From assembly GCF_009914755.1 (NCBI RefSeq), contig NC_060940.1: a stretch of 64,000 nucleotides of DNA. One strand, given 5' to 3'. The position numbers were made by a program, and so were the translations under genes. Shown piece after piece: positions 1 to 16,945 of the stretch (the first letter of the stretch is position 1; the number at the start of each line of letters is the position of its first letter). Below the pieces are notes generated by a model. It ran no database searches and was not told the DNA's origin. It saw only the letters and a list, made by a program, of their open reading frames with translations. The stretch comes from the human T2T-CHM13v2.0 reference genome, Homo sapiens.

Positions 1-640
1 AAATATTAGTTAGGGTCAGAAAAGGCTTTGTTGAGAAGATGTTTGAGCTTTGTTCTAAAGGATGAAAGGGTTTATTTCCCAGGTGGACTGGGAGGATATG
101 GGACTTCCAGGTAGATGGCTCAGGATAGGAAAGGACATGCAGACTTGAAACAACCTGGCAAGTGGTAGAACTTTAAACAGTTGGGTATTACAGGGCAGAG
201 GGCATCTGCGCTAAATGATTGTTAGGGCAACAGGAACTGGACGTTGGGTCTTGTGGTCTGGATCACTCACCTATATGCCTGTCTCCATGAAATATATGTG
301 TGTCAAATGGGACTTATGAGAAGGGACCTTCTGTTTACTTTTTAAAACATTTGCTACTCGTTCCACTTTGTTCGTTGTGGCAGAAGGAAAATCTTAATTA
401 AGTCATGCCAGAGTCAAAAATTATGAACCAGGGGTCTGAGCTGTGAGGTTCCTCCCAGGTGCTTGCCTTTTATGGGCACTACATAAACCCCTCCAGCGTC
501 AGCTTGGGTGTAGCTCAGAGGTACGGACTACTTGCTGCCTGCGTCAGACAGGCCCAATTCAGCTCCAGTTCTGCCACTTGACTCCTGCAAGATCTCGGGT
601 GAGCCACTCTGAAACTCAGATCCTTCCTCTGCAAAAGGGC

Positions 641-1000
641 TTATTAGTCTGTTTTCATGCTGCTAATGAAGACATACCTGAGACTGGGTAATTTGTAAAG
701 AAAAAGAGTTTTCATGGACTCACAGTTGCACATGGCTGGGGAGGCCTCACAATCATGGTGGCAGGTGAAAGGCACATCTTACATGGCAGCAGACAAGAGA
801 TAATGAAATCCAAGCAGAAAGGGAAACCCCTTATAAAACCATCAGATCTCGTGAGACTTATTCATTACCATAAGTACAGTATGGGGGAAACTGCCCCCAT
901 GACTCATTTATCTCCCACTGGGTTCCTCCCACAACACATGGGAATTATGGGAGCTACAAGTAAGATGAGATTTGGGTGGGGACATAGCCAAACCATATCA
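641..1000 (-). mobile_element. THE1 (ERVL-MaLR) solo LTR inserted into a MIR
   Basis: Reads TATTAGTCTGTTTTCATGCTGCT...GCCAAACCATATCA, the reverse complement of THE1 LTR termini; ~360 bp; MIR-like sequence at ~540-640. Confidence 0.92.
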
Positions 1001-1067
1001 AGGGAGGTTTGTAAAAGCAACCTCATTGGTCTGTGGAGAAGATGACTGAAAAAAGTCGAACAATATA

Positions 1068-1437
1068 CAGATGTATGGTCCCCGAATTATGATGGTTTGA
1101 GTTATAATTTTTCAACTATATAATGATATGGAAGCAACATACATTCAGTAGAAACTGTACTTTGAGTACCTACACAACCATTCTGTTTTTTTCACTTTCA
1201 GTACAGTATCCAGTTGGTTACAGGAGATATTCAACATGTTATTATAAAATAGGCTTTGTGTTAGGTGATTTTTGTCCAACTGTAGGCTCATGTGTTCTGA
1301 GTGTGTTCAAGGTAGGCTGGGCCAAGCTGTGATGTTCGGTTGGTGAGGCATATTGAATCCATTTTTGACTTAACAATATTTTCAACATACAAGGGGTTTT
1401 TTGGGATGTTACCCCATTGTAAATTGAGGAGCTTCTG
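1068..1437 (-). mobile_element. MER47A (TcMar-Tigger MITE)
   Basis: ~370 bp with degenerate TIRs CAGATG..GGTCCCC / GAGGAGCTTCTG; internal ATAAAATAGGCTTTGTGTTAG matches the recalled MER47A consensus. Confidence 0.8.
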
Positions 1438-4318
1438 AATAGCTCTTTGTACAAAGTTGGGTGCCTCTACCTATTCAACAAATGTTAGTTCCCAGAATAT
1501 AGTGTGGTATGTTTGATTTTTTAAAATTAATTTAAAAAAAATAAGTGGGAGAATGTTGCTATATATGGGTGTTCTGTTTCATATACTAAATATATATCTG
1601 TCTGTCCTCAGAAAATGAATATGCATGTCTCCCAAGATATATTTGCATGTTCCATTTCTCCTATTAAGTGTATATTTCCCTATTTTATATATATATATGT
1701 ATAAGTATATACATATACATGTCCTACTTATAGATGGAGGGGAGAGAAATATGTATATAGGGAGAAGTAGGTACAGAAAACTGTAGAACAAGCCAGACTG
1801 TTCCAGAAAAAGTAGGAAATATGCTAAGGGTAAGGGAAGGGGAAGTATACACCCAAGGGCCACAGGTGATGCTCTGGCATGTCCAGTCCAATGGTGTGTA
1901 GCCTAATTTTGGATTAGCAGAGGAGACTGGACCCCATAGTCCATTTCGTTACTCATGCATAACCATGCACATTATGATGTGACATTAACAAGGCAAAAGG
2001 AAGTCAAGAGCAAACCAGGGTGGGACATCCTGTGACCAGGACTTGATGGACATGGGTGAAGGGAGGGGCAGGTTGTGAACAGGCTCTGCACCCCCAGCAC
2101 GCCCTTGAGCTTAGGCCAGGGTGTGAGTAGACGGAGACTCCTCTGCTGGGCAATGGCAAGGGCTCTCCAGCACAAATAAGGGAGAGTTGGCTGGGACAGA
2201 TGACCAAGGATGTGTGGAATTGGAGGACACGGGATGGTGAAATGGATGTGACCCAGTGACTCAGGGACACTTTTAGTGGCCTATTACCTAGTTTCACGGT
2301 GACACTGGGGATAAATTGGAGGAGGAATAAAGTGTTGTCCCTGCAGTCATTATTACAGAGAGGAATTTCTGTCCTCAGTTGCTTCTCAGATAGCTAACAG
2401 GGCCGCTCGGAAACCTAAGCAAGGAAGACGTCCTATTGCCATTGGATCCCTTTTCTGGGGCAAATCACAGACAAGCCTCTCTGTTTGAATGGCTGGGAGG
2501 GCACGGGAGGCGGTCCTAGGGCAAAAATGAGTTAATAGTTTAAAACTTCCCTGCCACATGAGGACAGATGGAATCTGCCTTCTTGTCCCTGATACAGACC
2601 CATGGGAGGCTCCAAGAGGCAGGCTTAAGTGCAAGAGCAAGACAGAGAGTGGGATCTTCTACCCCAGGAGCCCTCTGATCACAGGATTGCCACTTTTGAT
2701 GAAGACACAGTTGAGTTAAAAATAGGCCCCGCCCAGAGTGTGTACGGAAGTGGAGCTGGAAGTTCCTGGGCGCATGTGTGACAGAAATGCAGTGGGCCAT
2801 TTTAATTAGATCCCTTTACCAGAACTCCTGACCTTCTATGTAGCACATTAATGTATTTTACTAATTATAAATGCAATTAAAAAGTACTGAAATAAAATTA
2901 GGCTGATCTATCTAATTTACATTAAGCACTTTCAAATTATGCAGATTTTAAAGTCTCTATCTGCCTCTCTCTCCCTCTCTCTCTCTTTTTTTTTTTTTTT
3001 CAATTTGAGTTTCGGGGTAAAATTGTCTGCATTAAAACAGCTGGAAAACAACCTTGTAGGAAAACAAATTTCTTTTCTGTGATTATTCTCAGTGTGCGAG
3101 TTAATTTTTGAGGCAGTAATATACTTAGCAGTCATCGGGCAGTTACTTGAAAAGCAGAGACATATGTGTCTCGACACAGGCGCGGGAGCTGGGGTGCATG
3201 CACGCGGGGATGAGTGGGGTTTGGTTACTTTGGGGAATGAGGTTGAAAGGCTAACTAGGCACACACAAAAAAATACCAATGTGATCCGTGGTTGCTAAAG
3301 AGTTGAGATTTACAAAGAGCAAGATGTAATGGCAGGCACAATGTGCCTTTGATAGAGATGAACCATCTGGTGGGTTTATCCAACAACATAGGTTTTTTGT
3401 TTGTTTGTTTGTTTTATTCCTATGCTGACAGGCACAGAGAGTGAACCGGGTGCCAAAATTATCGCCTAGCATCATTAAAAATCAGAATGTTCAGTTTTGC
3501 TGGCTATGGAAGTTGTGTATGCAGGGCAGCTCTATATTAGGTGAGGAAATGGAGCATAAAGGAAAGCGAATTCCCCTCTCCCCCGGAGGGTTGGACGTGT
3601 GTGCTTTTCTGCTGGGGCCATCACTCTGCCTGGGTCTGCTGGAGGCTGCATTCGCTGGAGGAAGAGGAGACCTTGACGGGGCCTCTTTATAGATTAAATC
3701 TGATTCGCAGGTTCCTTGGAAGCAGACGTGTAATAAGCTGTTCTCTGGAGTAGTGTATAAGCTCCTTAAGACGTTCCTGGTGAGGTTTAACTCCCCTTAC
3801 TCCATGCCCTCAATTTTATTTGCTGCCCAAACTTTGCGCTTTAAGCTCCCCATCAAAAGGAAGCCTGAAATAATTCCTCAGATTGAAGCTGTTCGTTTGG
3901 AAAGTCCTTTTCTTCCTCTTCTCCCCCTTTAGATACAAAAGGGGTGTTTCCACTTGCAGCCAGGGAACCAACTTTGCCTCCTGTGACCTGGAAGCCAAGA
4001 TGCGTGTGAGTCTTCCCAAAGGATGGCTGGACTGTAAAACATGCAAACAAGGGTGGGATGGCTGCTGAGGTCCCTTGTATTCTGAGATCTACAGGCTCAG
4101 GGGCCCTGGAAAGCTTAAAGTGATTCTTGGCCCTTCCCTCATCCCATCCTCTGCCATCACAGACTCTCAGAGGGAATGCTCAGAGGTGGAACTGCTTGTT
4201 AACCTACGGGGAGAAAGTTTTCAGATCTTTCTCTTGAAGAGGAGCATGTCTGGATCCATGTGGCAAGCAGATGCTAACTTAGAGCTAGACCCTGCAGATT
4301 TCTTCCCTTTATAGGGAA

Positions 4319-4719
4319 GAACACGATAGCTTGTTTTGTTCTGATATTTTACTAACTAAAGCCCTTCTGGATTACAGACAAAAACTCCATCACTGCCACC
4401 AATAAACTAAGTTTATGTATTCACTTATATATTGGTTCATTTGTTCATCCATCTATACACATATGAATGTATGAATCTCGCCCCCATCTGTCCACCTATC
4501 CAACCATTCATTCATTAATCATACAGTTATTTCCTCACCTCACTGACATTTACTGAGCATTTACTCCATTTCAGGCAATATGCTTGTCTTGAACTTTACC
4601 AGGATGTATGGACACAGCCCCTTGAGTTCTGAGAATTCACAGTTTAGAGAAGGAGACAGACATGTACTTGGGTAATAATTTGATCCTGGAAGAATGGATG
4701 CAGTTGCAGACCATCTTTA
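4319..4719. repeat. Left arm of ~400-bp inverted duplication
   Basis: Reverse complement of 5674-6090; exact blocks 4363-4387=6026-6050 (25 nt) and 4397-4426=5987-6016 (30 nt). Confidence 0.95.
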
Positions 4720-5673
4720 GCACCCAGACAATGGCAGGAATGGGTTGGATGGGACTATAGTCAGAGGGTCTCTCCATCCACTGTATCCCTCCCCCCATCC
4801 AAGAAACAACAGCAAAATAAAACCTTACCTCATAGCCCTTTGTTTTCCATACCTCAGTACCCCGTGAGTATGTCAGCATCAGGCCCATCCTTTTGGCCTG
4901 AGCTTGGTTCGTCTCTGACAAACACAGGCTCTAAGAGTTCCTTTGTACTATTTTATGGTCCTCTTTGTACTGGCTTTGGGAGGGATATTGGAAGAGTGGT
5001 AGAGAGATAACAGGTGCTTTGGAAAAACAAAACTTGTGGATTCTGATCCCAGTTCCCACACTGACCAGATCCGGGATCTTTAGCAGGTTATTTAACATGG
5101 CCCAGCTTCTGTTTCCTCTTCCATTTTTAATAACGGTGCTACTTTCTTTGTGAGATTGCAGTAAGTATTAAAATGAAATCATGACCGTGAAGCATATGTA
5201 TGGTGCCTGTCATTCATTCTCTCACTCCACAAAGCACACTTTGTTGGGCATTCATTAAGAACTTGATGAAATAGGGATGAATTAATAAAGTGCTAGAATT
5301 CTACAAAGAGAATATTGAGCATCTGCTGTATTTAAGGTACCATACTAGGCACAGAGTGGGTATATCAGAGTGAATAGGATGCATTATCTACCTTCTTGAT
5401 CCACTTTCTATTATCTCATGCTCTACTATGATTATGTTGCTTCAGTTAAAGGTCTGGGATTGCAGAAATGTTGCTTCTTTCCTCTCCTGGTCTTCTGCCT
5501 CCTGTCTGATAATGCGCACCAGTAATCAGACTTCCACACCTTTGCATATACTGCTCTCTCTGCCTGGAATTGTCTTGTCCATCCCAATTCATGCCCTTCC
5601 CTACTTGTCAAACTCCTACTTACCCTTCCAAGCCCAGCTCAGAGATTTCCTCTGGGAAGTCTTGCCACAGTAT

Positions 5674-6090
5674 TAAAGATGGTCTGCAATTGCATCTATT
5701 CTTCCAGGATCAAATGATTACCCAAATACATGTCTGCCTCCCTCTCTAAGCTATTCAGTTCCTTGGAAGTCAAGGGCCTCAGTCCAATTCATTTTGGTGT
5801 CCTTCAAGAGAAGCATATTGCTTGAAACTGTGTAATTGTTCAGTAAATGTTAGTGAGGTGAGGAAATAAATGCATGAATTAATGGATGAATTGTTGGATA
5901 GGTGGATAGATGGGGGTGAGATTCATACATTCATATGTGAATGAATAGATGAATGGATGGATGGATGAACAAATGAATGAATACACAAGTGAATACATAA
6001 ACTTAGTTTATTGGTGCTAGTGACAGAGTTTTTGTCTGTAATCCAGAAGGACGTTAGTGAAATATCAAAAGAAAACAAGCTATCCTGTTC
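5674..6090. repeat. Right arm of ~400-bp inverted duplication (includes an L2 3' end with TGAA/TGGA tail)
   Basis: Aligns to 4319-4719 in inverted orientation; L2-like sequence continues leftward to ~5520. Confidence 0.95.
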
Positions 6091-7142
6091 ATTGATAAGG
6101 TTTGAACTTTGAGGATGGCTTTGTAGGGAGTCCCTGGGGTATTTCCTAAACTGATAAATCTGAGGACAAATGAAACGTTGAGTGCTGTGAATTCCAGGTA
6201 TGAGTTGCATTCCACCCAGATGGTGGGAGGTGAAGGGGACCTGCCCTCTGTGTGCTGCATGACTGCTCTCCACCCTGCTGCATCCTCCCTTCCCCTCTTC
6301 TGCCCATTGTGAAAGCCTGGTCCTAATTAATTACGGTGGCCTTTCAGCAAGTTGGTCCTGGACACCAGGATTTTCTCTGCAGCAGTGGCTGCTGCCTGGC
6401 CTTGAGTCCTACCACGCTCACCTCCCAGACAAATATACTTAGCAGGTGTTTTCCCCACATTAATAATCAGAATTGACACATTCTAAATGAGGCCCTCCTT
6501 GTTGTGCAGGGCAGCTCTGATGGATATGTGGGGAATTGACGGCTCTTGAGAAATGTTTTTGCCACTACCAGCATTTCTCTGACAGGTTTTTAATAGTCCC
6601 ACTAAAACTGCAGTATATTGGAAAATTTTGTAGATGAAGTGCAAAGGGCTGCTGTGACTTGGAGGCTCTGGGGTGGAAAAATACAGTTTGGGGAGCATTG
6701 AGTTGTTTGAATCAAAAGAAGGTGATCTAGTGTGGATTTGGGCTAAAAGCTGGGAAGGGGGCAGTTTGGTCACAGGTCTTTGAGGAGACCTGGGCTGGGT
6801 TATGGATGGCACTATGCAGTGATTCATGTGAACAGTAAATGAAACACTGTGTTCAGCCCTGGAATAGAGCCTGGATTAAAATATGAGGTTAGAGAGGGTC
6901 AGACAGGATGGGTTCATTCATTTATTTATTTACTCATTCCATAAGCACTGATTTACCAACTCGTGTGTCACAAATATAAATTAGCATCCATAAGTTCAAA
7001 ATTCTATTAACTAGTTTAGAGCCTTGGGCTATTTATGCAAATGTGAATTCTGATCCTCAATTCCCTCATCTTTAATATGAAGCTGTTAATGCCTATTCTT
7101 TAGAATTGTATTTCAGGGTTGGAGATCCAAAATGTAAGCTTC

Positions 7143-7600
7143 TATGTGGGTTGGTGGCCCTGCCAGAAACAGAAGACATGTATTGATGGGATAATTGAGA
7201 AGAGTTGAACAAAGGAATTGTTTATCAAAAGGTTAAAGGAAACAGATAAGATGCAGCACCCTGGGGCTAGCAACTGTGGAGAGCTGTTACCACCCCTAGG
7301 GTTCCAGGGGGAAGGATAAATTAGCAGAACTCAGAGGGCTATAGGAAGGGTTGCCTGACATGAATGTGGCTTTCAGTAATGAGTCAAGTCATAACCAACC
7401 CATATTCTAGCAGAGAGGAAGTCAAGAGGATGAAGACTCCCATATCTCTCTCCTCCCACCTTCTGCTACCCTGTAATGTTTTCCTTTGGCCAAACTCAGT
7501 AGGGAAGGGGATCCATCAATATGGTTTCAGGGCACAGAATAGAGTGGATAAGGACAGAGAGTGGATCTGGGGGGACAAATGGAGAAATCTGTCCTGCATA
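7143..7600 (-). mobile_element. MLT1N2-like MaLR LTR
   Basis: GCACCCTGGGGCTAGCAAC..GTTACCACCCCTAGG core and GGATCTGGGGGGACAAATGG end. Confidence 0.7.
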
Positions 7601-7844
7601 GATCCTAGCACAGTGTTGATCTCTCAGTGAGTCAATAAATGGTAATGAACATGGGTATCAGGAGCTCACATTCCCATTGGGAGTGAGGAAACAGCTGGCA
7701 TTATTATTCCAGTTTGTCCCTGAGGCTTAAAAAAATGGGAGGGCCTCTCATGTCTTTACTAGCAGACCTGCCTTCCCTGTTACCTACAATTCAATTCTCT
7801 CATTTTCTGTCTTTCTTCACCAGCCACTGGAGGGAGGTTTTCTC

Positions 7845-8227
7845 TATCCATTTGTGCAGTTATAACAAAATGATGAGACTGAGTGAATTATTAAGAATGA
7901 CAATTTATTTTCTCACAGTTCTGGAGGCTGGGAAGTCCAAGATCAAGGTGTTGGCATTTGGCGTCTGGTGAGGGCCTTCCTCCTGCATCCCCACATGGTG
8001 GATGGGGCCAAAAAGGGTAACAGGGACAAATGCTATGTACTCACATGATGGAAATGGAGAAGAGCCAGAAAGGGAGCCAAAGCTAGTTGCCTCCAGCCCT
8101 GTTATAAGGGATCAATCTATTCATGAGGGCTGTGCTTGCCAAAGGCCCTTACCTCTTAATACCAACATAATGAGGATGAACTTTCAACAGGAATTTTGGA
8201 GGGAGCACCAGAGTTCCAACCTTAGCA
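7845..8227 (-). mobile_element. MST/MLT1A-family MaLR LTR
   Basis: TCTCACAGTTCTGGAGGCTGGGAAGTCCAAGATCAAGGTG hallmark. Confidence 0.85.
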
Positions 8228-9353
8228 GAGGTGAACAAGTTGCAAGTCTGCTTTGCTGTTCAAGGGTGAAAAATCAAGCCCAAGACAGTGAAACCAGCTA
8301 TTGGAAGTTCATTAAGGAATCAGGTCTTTGCCAAGGACTGTCATCAGTGGGAAAGACAAGAGCTGAAAGCTAAACAAACCTGGTAATGCCCCGGGATAAG
8401 CTTCCCTAATTAGCACAGAGGTGACTGCAGGATCACTGATGCTCTCAGCCCAGCTCAGCCCTCTGAAAGCCTTCACGTCGTCAGGGGCTCTTCTTATTCC
8501 TTGGCCCACTGATGTTCCCAAATGCTCTTTCTAAACGTCTCAGAGCCACTTACCGAAGCAGCCAGCCTTTCCCCACTGGAGGAGCAGGATCTCCAGGAAG
8601 AGAAGGAATAGTTAGAAAAATGTCTTGCCATGGCCTGGGGGAGAAGCTAGAGCTACCCGCCGACACCTCCTCCAGCAGGCACCAGTGATGGCTGAGCCTG
8701 GCCCAGTGGGAAGATGAGGCATTCAGGCTTTGGTGTGAAATGTCTAGGTAAATACTGACTCCTTTGTTTATTTGTGCTGGACAGTGACAACACAATTACT
8801 TAACCTCTCAGAGCCTTCTTTTTCCACCATGATGGAACCTACCTCCCTATTGTCCTGGGCAGTAAGATAGTTGTGGCCATCCCTCCTCTCCCTTCACGGG
8901 GGCTGTGGATATGAATTGCATCTTCTTGTATCCTCAGTTTGAGGCTCCAACCACCTGAGCACCTCTCTTAGTATTTCCTTCACAATCTTGTGGCATCTTC
9001 AGGATGCCACAGGGCCAGGACTCCCTGTGAGCTGGGTCCCTGCCAGGTCATCTCAGAAAGCTGCTGTCTGACTGCTGCAAAAGGTGGAGCTGGGTTCCTG
9101 AGCTAATTTTGGTTACTATTAAAATGGGTCATTACTGAGCACTTTTGCACAACCAGGAAATCAATTGGATGCAAACCAGTTTGCTAATAGGGCTCATTAT
9201 AGCCTCGTTATAACTTAATTGCATAGGTAACCACACAAGTGTATAAATAGGGATGAATGTAGTCAGGGAGGGGGCTTTTAGAACAGGGATCAATTCTGGA
9301 TTCTGGAAGTCCTGGCTTCTGAGAGAGAGGGAGTGTGGAAGGTTGAAGTCTAC

Positions 9354-9517
9354 ATCGGTGCATCACAAACTTTAACAGACTCAAGAAGGAGCTGGGAATC
9401 TTGTTACAATGCAGGCTCTTGTTTACTTGGCCTGGGATGGGGCTGGAGAGTCTGTGTACCTAACCAGCTCCCAGGTGATGCCCACACTGCTGGTCTGGAC
9501 CACACTTTGAGGAGCAG
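9354..9517. mobile_element. MER5A (hAT-Charlie)
   Basis: TAACCAGCTCCCAGGTGATGC..CTGCTGGTCTGGACCACACTTTGAG end motif. Confidence 0.75.
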
Positions 9518-9687
9518 GGAGCTGGACAACTGGACACTTTCCAGAACCACATCCACCCAAGACAGAACCACCATAAACCTTGTATCTGGGGTTATTCAGT
9601 CCATTTCTTTCAATTTCCTCCTTCCTTCTTGCTGTGTCTCCTGAACACCTATCAGGCTTACTCCTTCTATGCCTGAATCCTAAGAGG

Positions 9688-12159
<2,472 letters not shown>

Positions 12160-12775
12160 CAGGCGATGCTCAGCTCAGCACACATACCTGCACTTCTATC
12201 CCATGGTGCTGGGTATATCTGTGACATCATCACCTCCGTAATTTGAGTGACACTCCTGCTGGGTTGACCCAGCCCGTGGAACTCCTAAACAGCTGTACCA
12301 CTTCCCCATCTGCACAATCAGAATTCAGGAGTAGGGTCTTCATACAATAAACCCAGACTTCCATCCCATTTGGGACTAAGACCTCATAGCTTCCTTGTTC
12401 ACTACTGAGCCTCCTGCTTTGGTAGCTCCCCTCTGAGTTACGTGTATGTGTGCAAAAGGAAATCATCACAAAATTCAAATTGCCTCAACTGGGAATGTTC
12501 TCTTGTTTAGAAAAAAAAATTATTAAGTTATGATTGGTATTCTGGAAACTTCACACATATGAAGAGTAAAATTGGGTAAGTATTGAGCTTTGCATATACT
12601 TGTGAAACCATCACCACAGTCAGGATAATGAAAATATCCATCACTCCAATGGGTTTCTTTGTGTACCTTTGCAGTCCCTCGCTCCTGCCCCTCCCTGCTC
12701 CCATCCTCCTCAGACAACCACTGATCTGCTTTCTAAATCCGTACATTGGTTTGCAGTTTTTAGAATTTTATATAA

Positions 12776-13401
<626 letters not shown>

Positions 13402-14110
13402 AGGACAAACTATTTTTAAAGCATTATTGAGATGTAATTGACATGCTATAATATTCACCTATTGTTTCTATGAAATACAATATAGATCTTGACTGAATTT
13501 ATGGAGTCATGTAGGCGTTACCACAATTTAGCTTTAGAACTCCATCACCTCAGAAATATCTCATTTGTAGTTAATCTACTCTCCCTCAACCTCCAGCTCC
13601 AGGGAACTGCTAAAACTCCAGGAAATGACTGATCTGATTTCTATCTCTAGGAATTTGCCCTTTCTGGACGTTTCATGTAATTGAATAGAAAGAACGTAGT
13701 CTTTTGCACCTGGCTCCTTTGGCTTACTGTAATGGTTTTCAGGTTCACCCACACTGTCCCATGTAACAGTGTTTGGTTCTTTTTGTTGTGCGGTCATGTT
13801 CCACTGTATGGATAGAGACTACATTGTGTTTATCCATTCACCAGTTGATAGACACTTGGTTTATTTACAGGGTTTGGTCGTTACAAATAATGCGGATATG
13901 AACAGTTCTGTATACGCCTTTGGACATGTGCTTTTCTTTCTCTTGAGTAGCTAGAAGTAGAAAGGCTGGATCATTTGTAGGTGAATATTTAACTTTTTAA
14001 GAAACTTCCAAACTGTTTTCCAGAGTGGTTGAACCATGTTACATTTCCACCAGCAGTCTATAAAAGTTCTATTTCTCACATACACTCACCAACATGATCA
14101 GTCTTTTTCT

Positions 14111-14416
14111 CTTTTTTTTTTTTTTTCAGAGTTGGGGTCTCACTCTATCACTCAGGCGGGAGTGCAGTGGTGCAGTCGTAGCTCACTGCAGCCTCGAACT
14201 CCTGGGCTCAGGGGGATCTTCTCCCCTTAGCCTTCCAAGCAGCTAAGACTACAAGTGTGTGCCATCATGTCCAGAAAATTCTTTTTTATCTTTGGTAGAC
14301 CCGGGCTCTCCCTCTGTTGCCTACGTTGGTCTCAAACTCCTGGCCTCAAGCAGTCCTTTCACCTCTGCCTTCCAAAGTGCTGGAATTACAGGCATGATCC
14401 ACCACCTTGCTCGGCC
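14111..14416 (-). mobile_element. AluJ
   Basis: Diverged antisense Alu with J-type GCAGCCTCGAACTCCTGGGCTCA. Confidence 0.9.
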
Positions 14417-14636
14417 CAGTCTTCTAAATGTTAGACATTCTTACAGGTATATACGGGTATATGACTGTGATTTTAATTTGCATTTTCCTCGTGACTAATG
14501 ATGTTGAGTATCTTTCAACTTCTGGTTTTCCATGTGTGTATCTTCTTTGGTGAAGTTTCTGCTCAAATATTTTGCCCATTAGAAAATTTTGGGTTGTTGA
14601 TTTTCTTATTGTTTTTATTGTGATACATATACATAA

Positions 14637-14920
<284 letters not shown>

Positions 14921-15608
14921 CCTTTAACCATTTTAAAACATACAATTCAGTGGTGTTAAATGCACCCACAACATTGTACAACCATTATGGTTCCAGAACT
15001 TTTTCGTCACCCAAACAGAAAACTCGTACCCATTAAGCATTCATACCCATTCCTCCCCGGCCCTCAGTAACCACTAATTTACTTTGGTTTTATGTGGTCT
15101 ATGTATACAATGGAATATGATTCAGCCATAAAGGGAATGAAGCACTGATTCATGCCACAGTATGGATAAACCTTGTACATACCATGCTCACTGCAAGAAG
15201 CCAGGCATAAAAGGTCACATATTATAAAATTCTGTTTATATCAAATACCCAGAAAAGGCAAGTCTCACTATTGAGTTTTAAGTGTTCTTTATATAACAGG
15301 GATCCTGTATCAGGTATGTGATTTGCAAATAGTTTATCTGTATCATAGAGTTGTTCTGAGGAGCTGATATATCATGCTCTTAGCAGAGCTACTGGCATCA
15401 GCACGTGCTTACTGTTTGTTAGCTATTGAGATTTCATTATTTGGATCCAGTCTCACTGGGAATTTTAGTGATTTATTCTGACTGTGAACTTAGTTAAAGC
15501 CCTTTATATAGAATTAAACATCTTCACTGCTGACTTGGGACCCTGGAATTATAATAGATGAAATTTTAGGATTGGCTTATCGTAGGTGTTTAACTAACTT
15601 ACGTTATT

Positions 15609-15646
15609 ATGGCAAAAACCACAATTACTTTTGCACCGACTTAATA
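15609..15646. mobile_element. MADE1 (Hsmar1 MITE) half element
   Basis: ATGGCAAAAACCACAATTACTTTTGCACCGACTTAATA is one MADE1 arm. Confidence 0.8.
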
Positions 15647-16298
15647 CAAGAAGTAACTTATTTTAAGCAATTAGGATAGTAATGGTAATAGTAATAGTAG
15701 TTATTATTACTAATGTCAGTGACTAACCTTCCATCTCGAAGTTAACTAACCTGTAATTACTCTTACAAGATGGTACCTTCCGCTCTCCAAAATCCTGCAG
15801 AGAAGGTGTCTCTTGAGGCCCGCCTGTGCTGCCCACATCCCTTGGTCTGCATCCGTATGCCCTCCTTTCCCAGCCTTAGCTGAAGTGCCTTTGGGAAACT
15901 GTATCACTGTTACCTTGCATGCTATGTCCTAATGAAGAAGTGACAAAGGGATTGTACTCTGTAAAAGAATATAAAAATAAATTCACTCTAATTTATATGA
16001 AGATCTCTGTTTGCTTCCTGCCTTCCCAAATCCAAGCTTCACCAACTTTTTCCCTCTTCCGAAGAATTATACCCCCAGCAGCGACAATAATAACAATAAA
16101 TATAGGCTCTGTGCTGAGCACTTCTTGGTTAGTTGAATCTTCCCCAGAATTCCATCAATGCCCAATTCACAGATGAGGAAATTCAGGCTCAGAGGCCACA
16201 CAACTTGCCCAAGGTCATGAAAGTAGTCAGCGGTAGAGAGCCTATCTTCTCATCCACTTGTCTATCCTGCCACCTGGCCATTTAAAAATTTTATTCCT

Positions 16299-16612
<314 letters not shown>

Positions 16613-16630
16613 TATTTTATTCCTGACCTA

Positions 16631-16945
16631 TTTTCTTTCTTTCTTTTTTTTTTTAAATGAGGTCTCACTCTGTTACCCAGGCTGAAGTGCAGTGGCATGA
16701 TTCTAGCTCACCGCAGCCCCAACCTCCTGGGTTCAACAATCCTACCTCAGCCTCCTGAGTCACTGGGACTGCAGGTGTGCATCACCAGGCCTGGCTAATT
16801 TAATTTAATTTTTTTTTTTTTTTTTTTTTGTAGAGACAGTCTCACTATGTTGCCAAGGCTGGCCTCAAACTCCTGAGCTCAAGTAATCCTCCTGTCTCAG
16901 CCTCCCAAAGTGCTGGGATTACAGGTGTGAGCCATCGTGCCTGGC
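16631..16945 (-). mobile_element. AluJ
   Basis: Antisense diverged Alu with an expanded middle A-rich tract. Confidence 0.92.
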
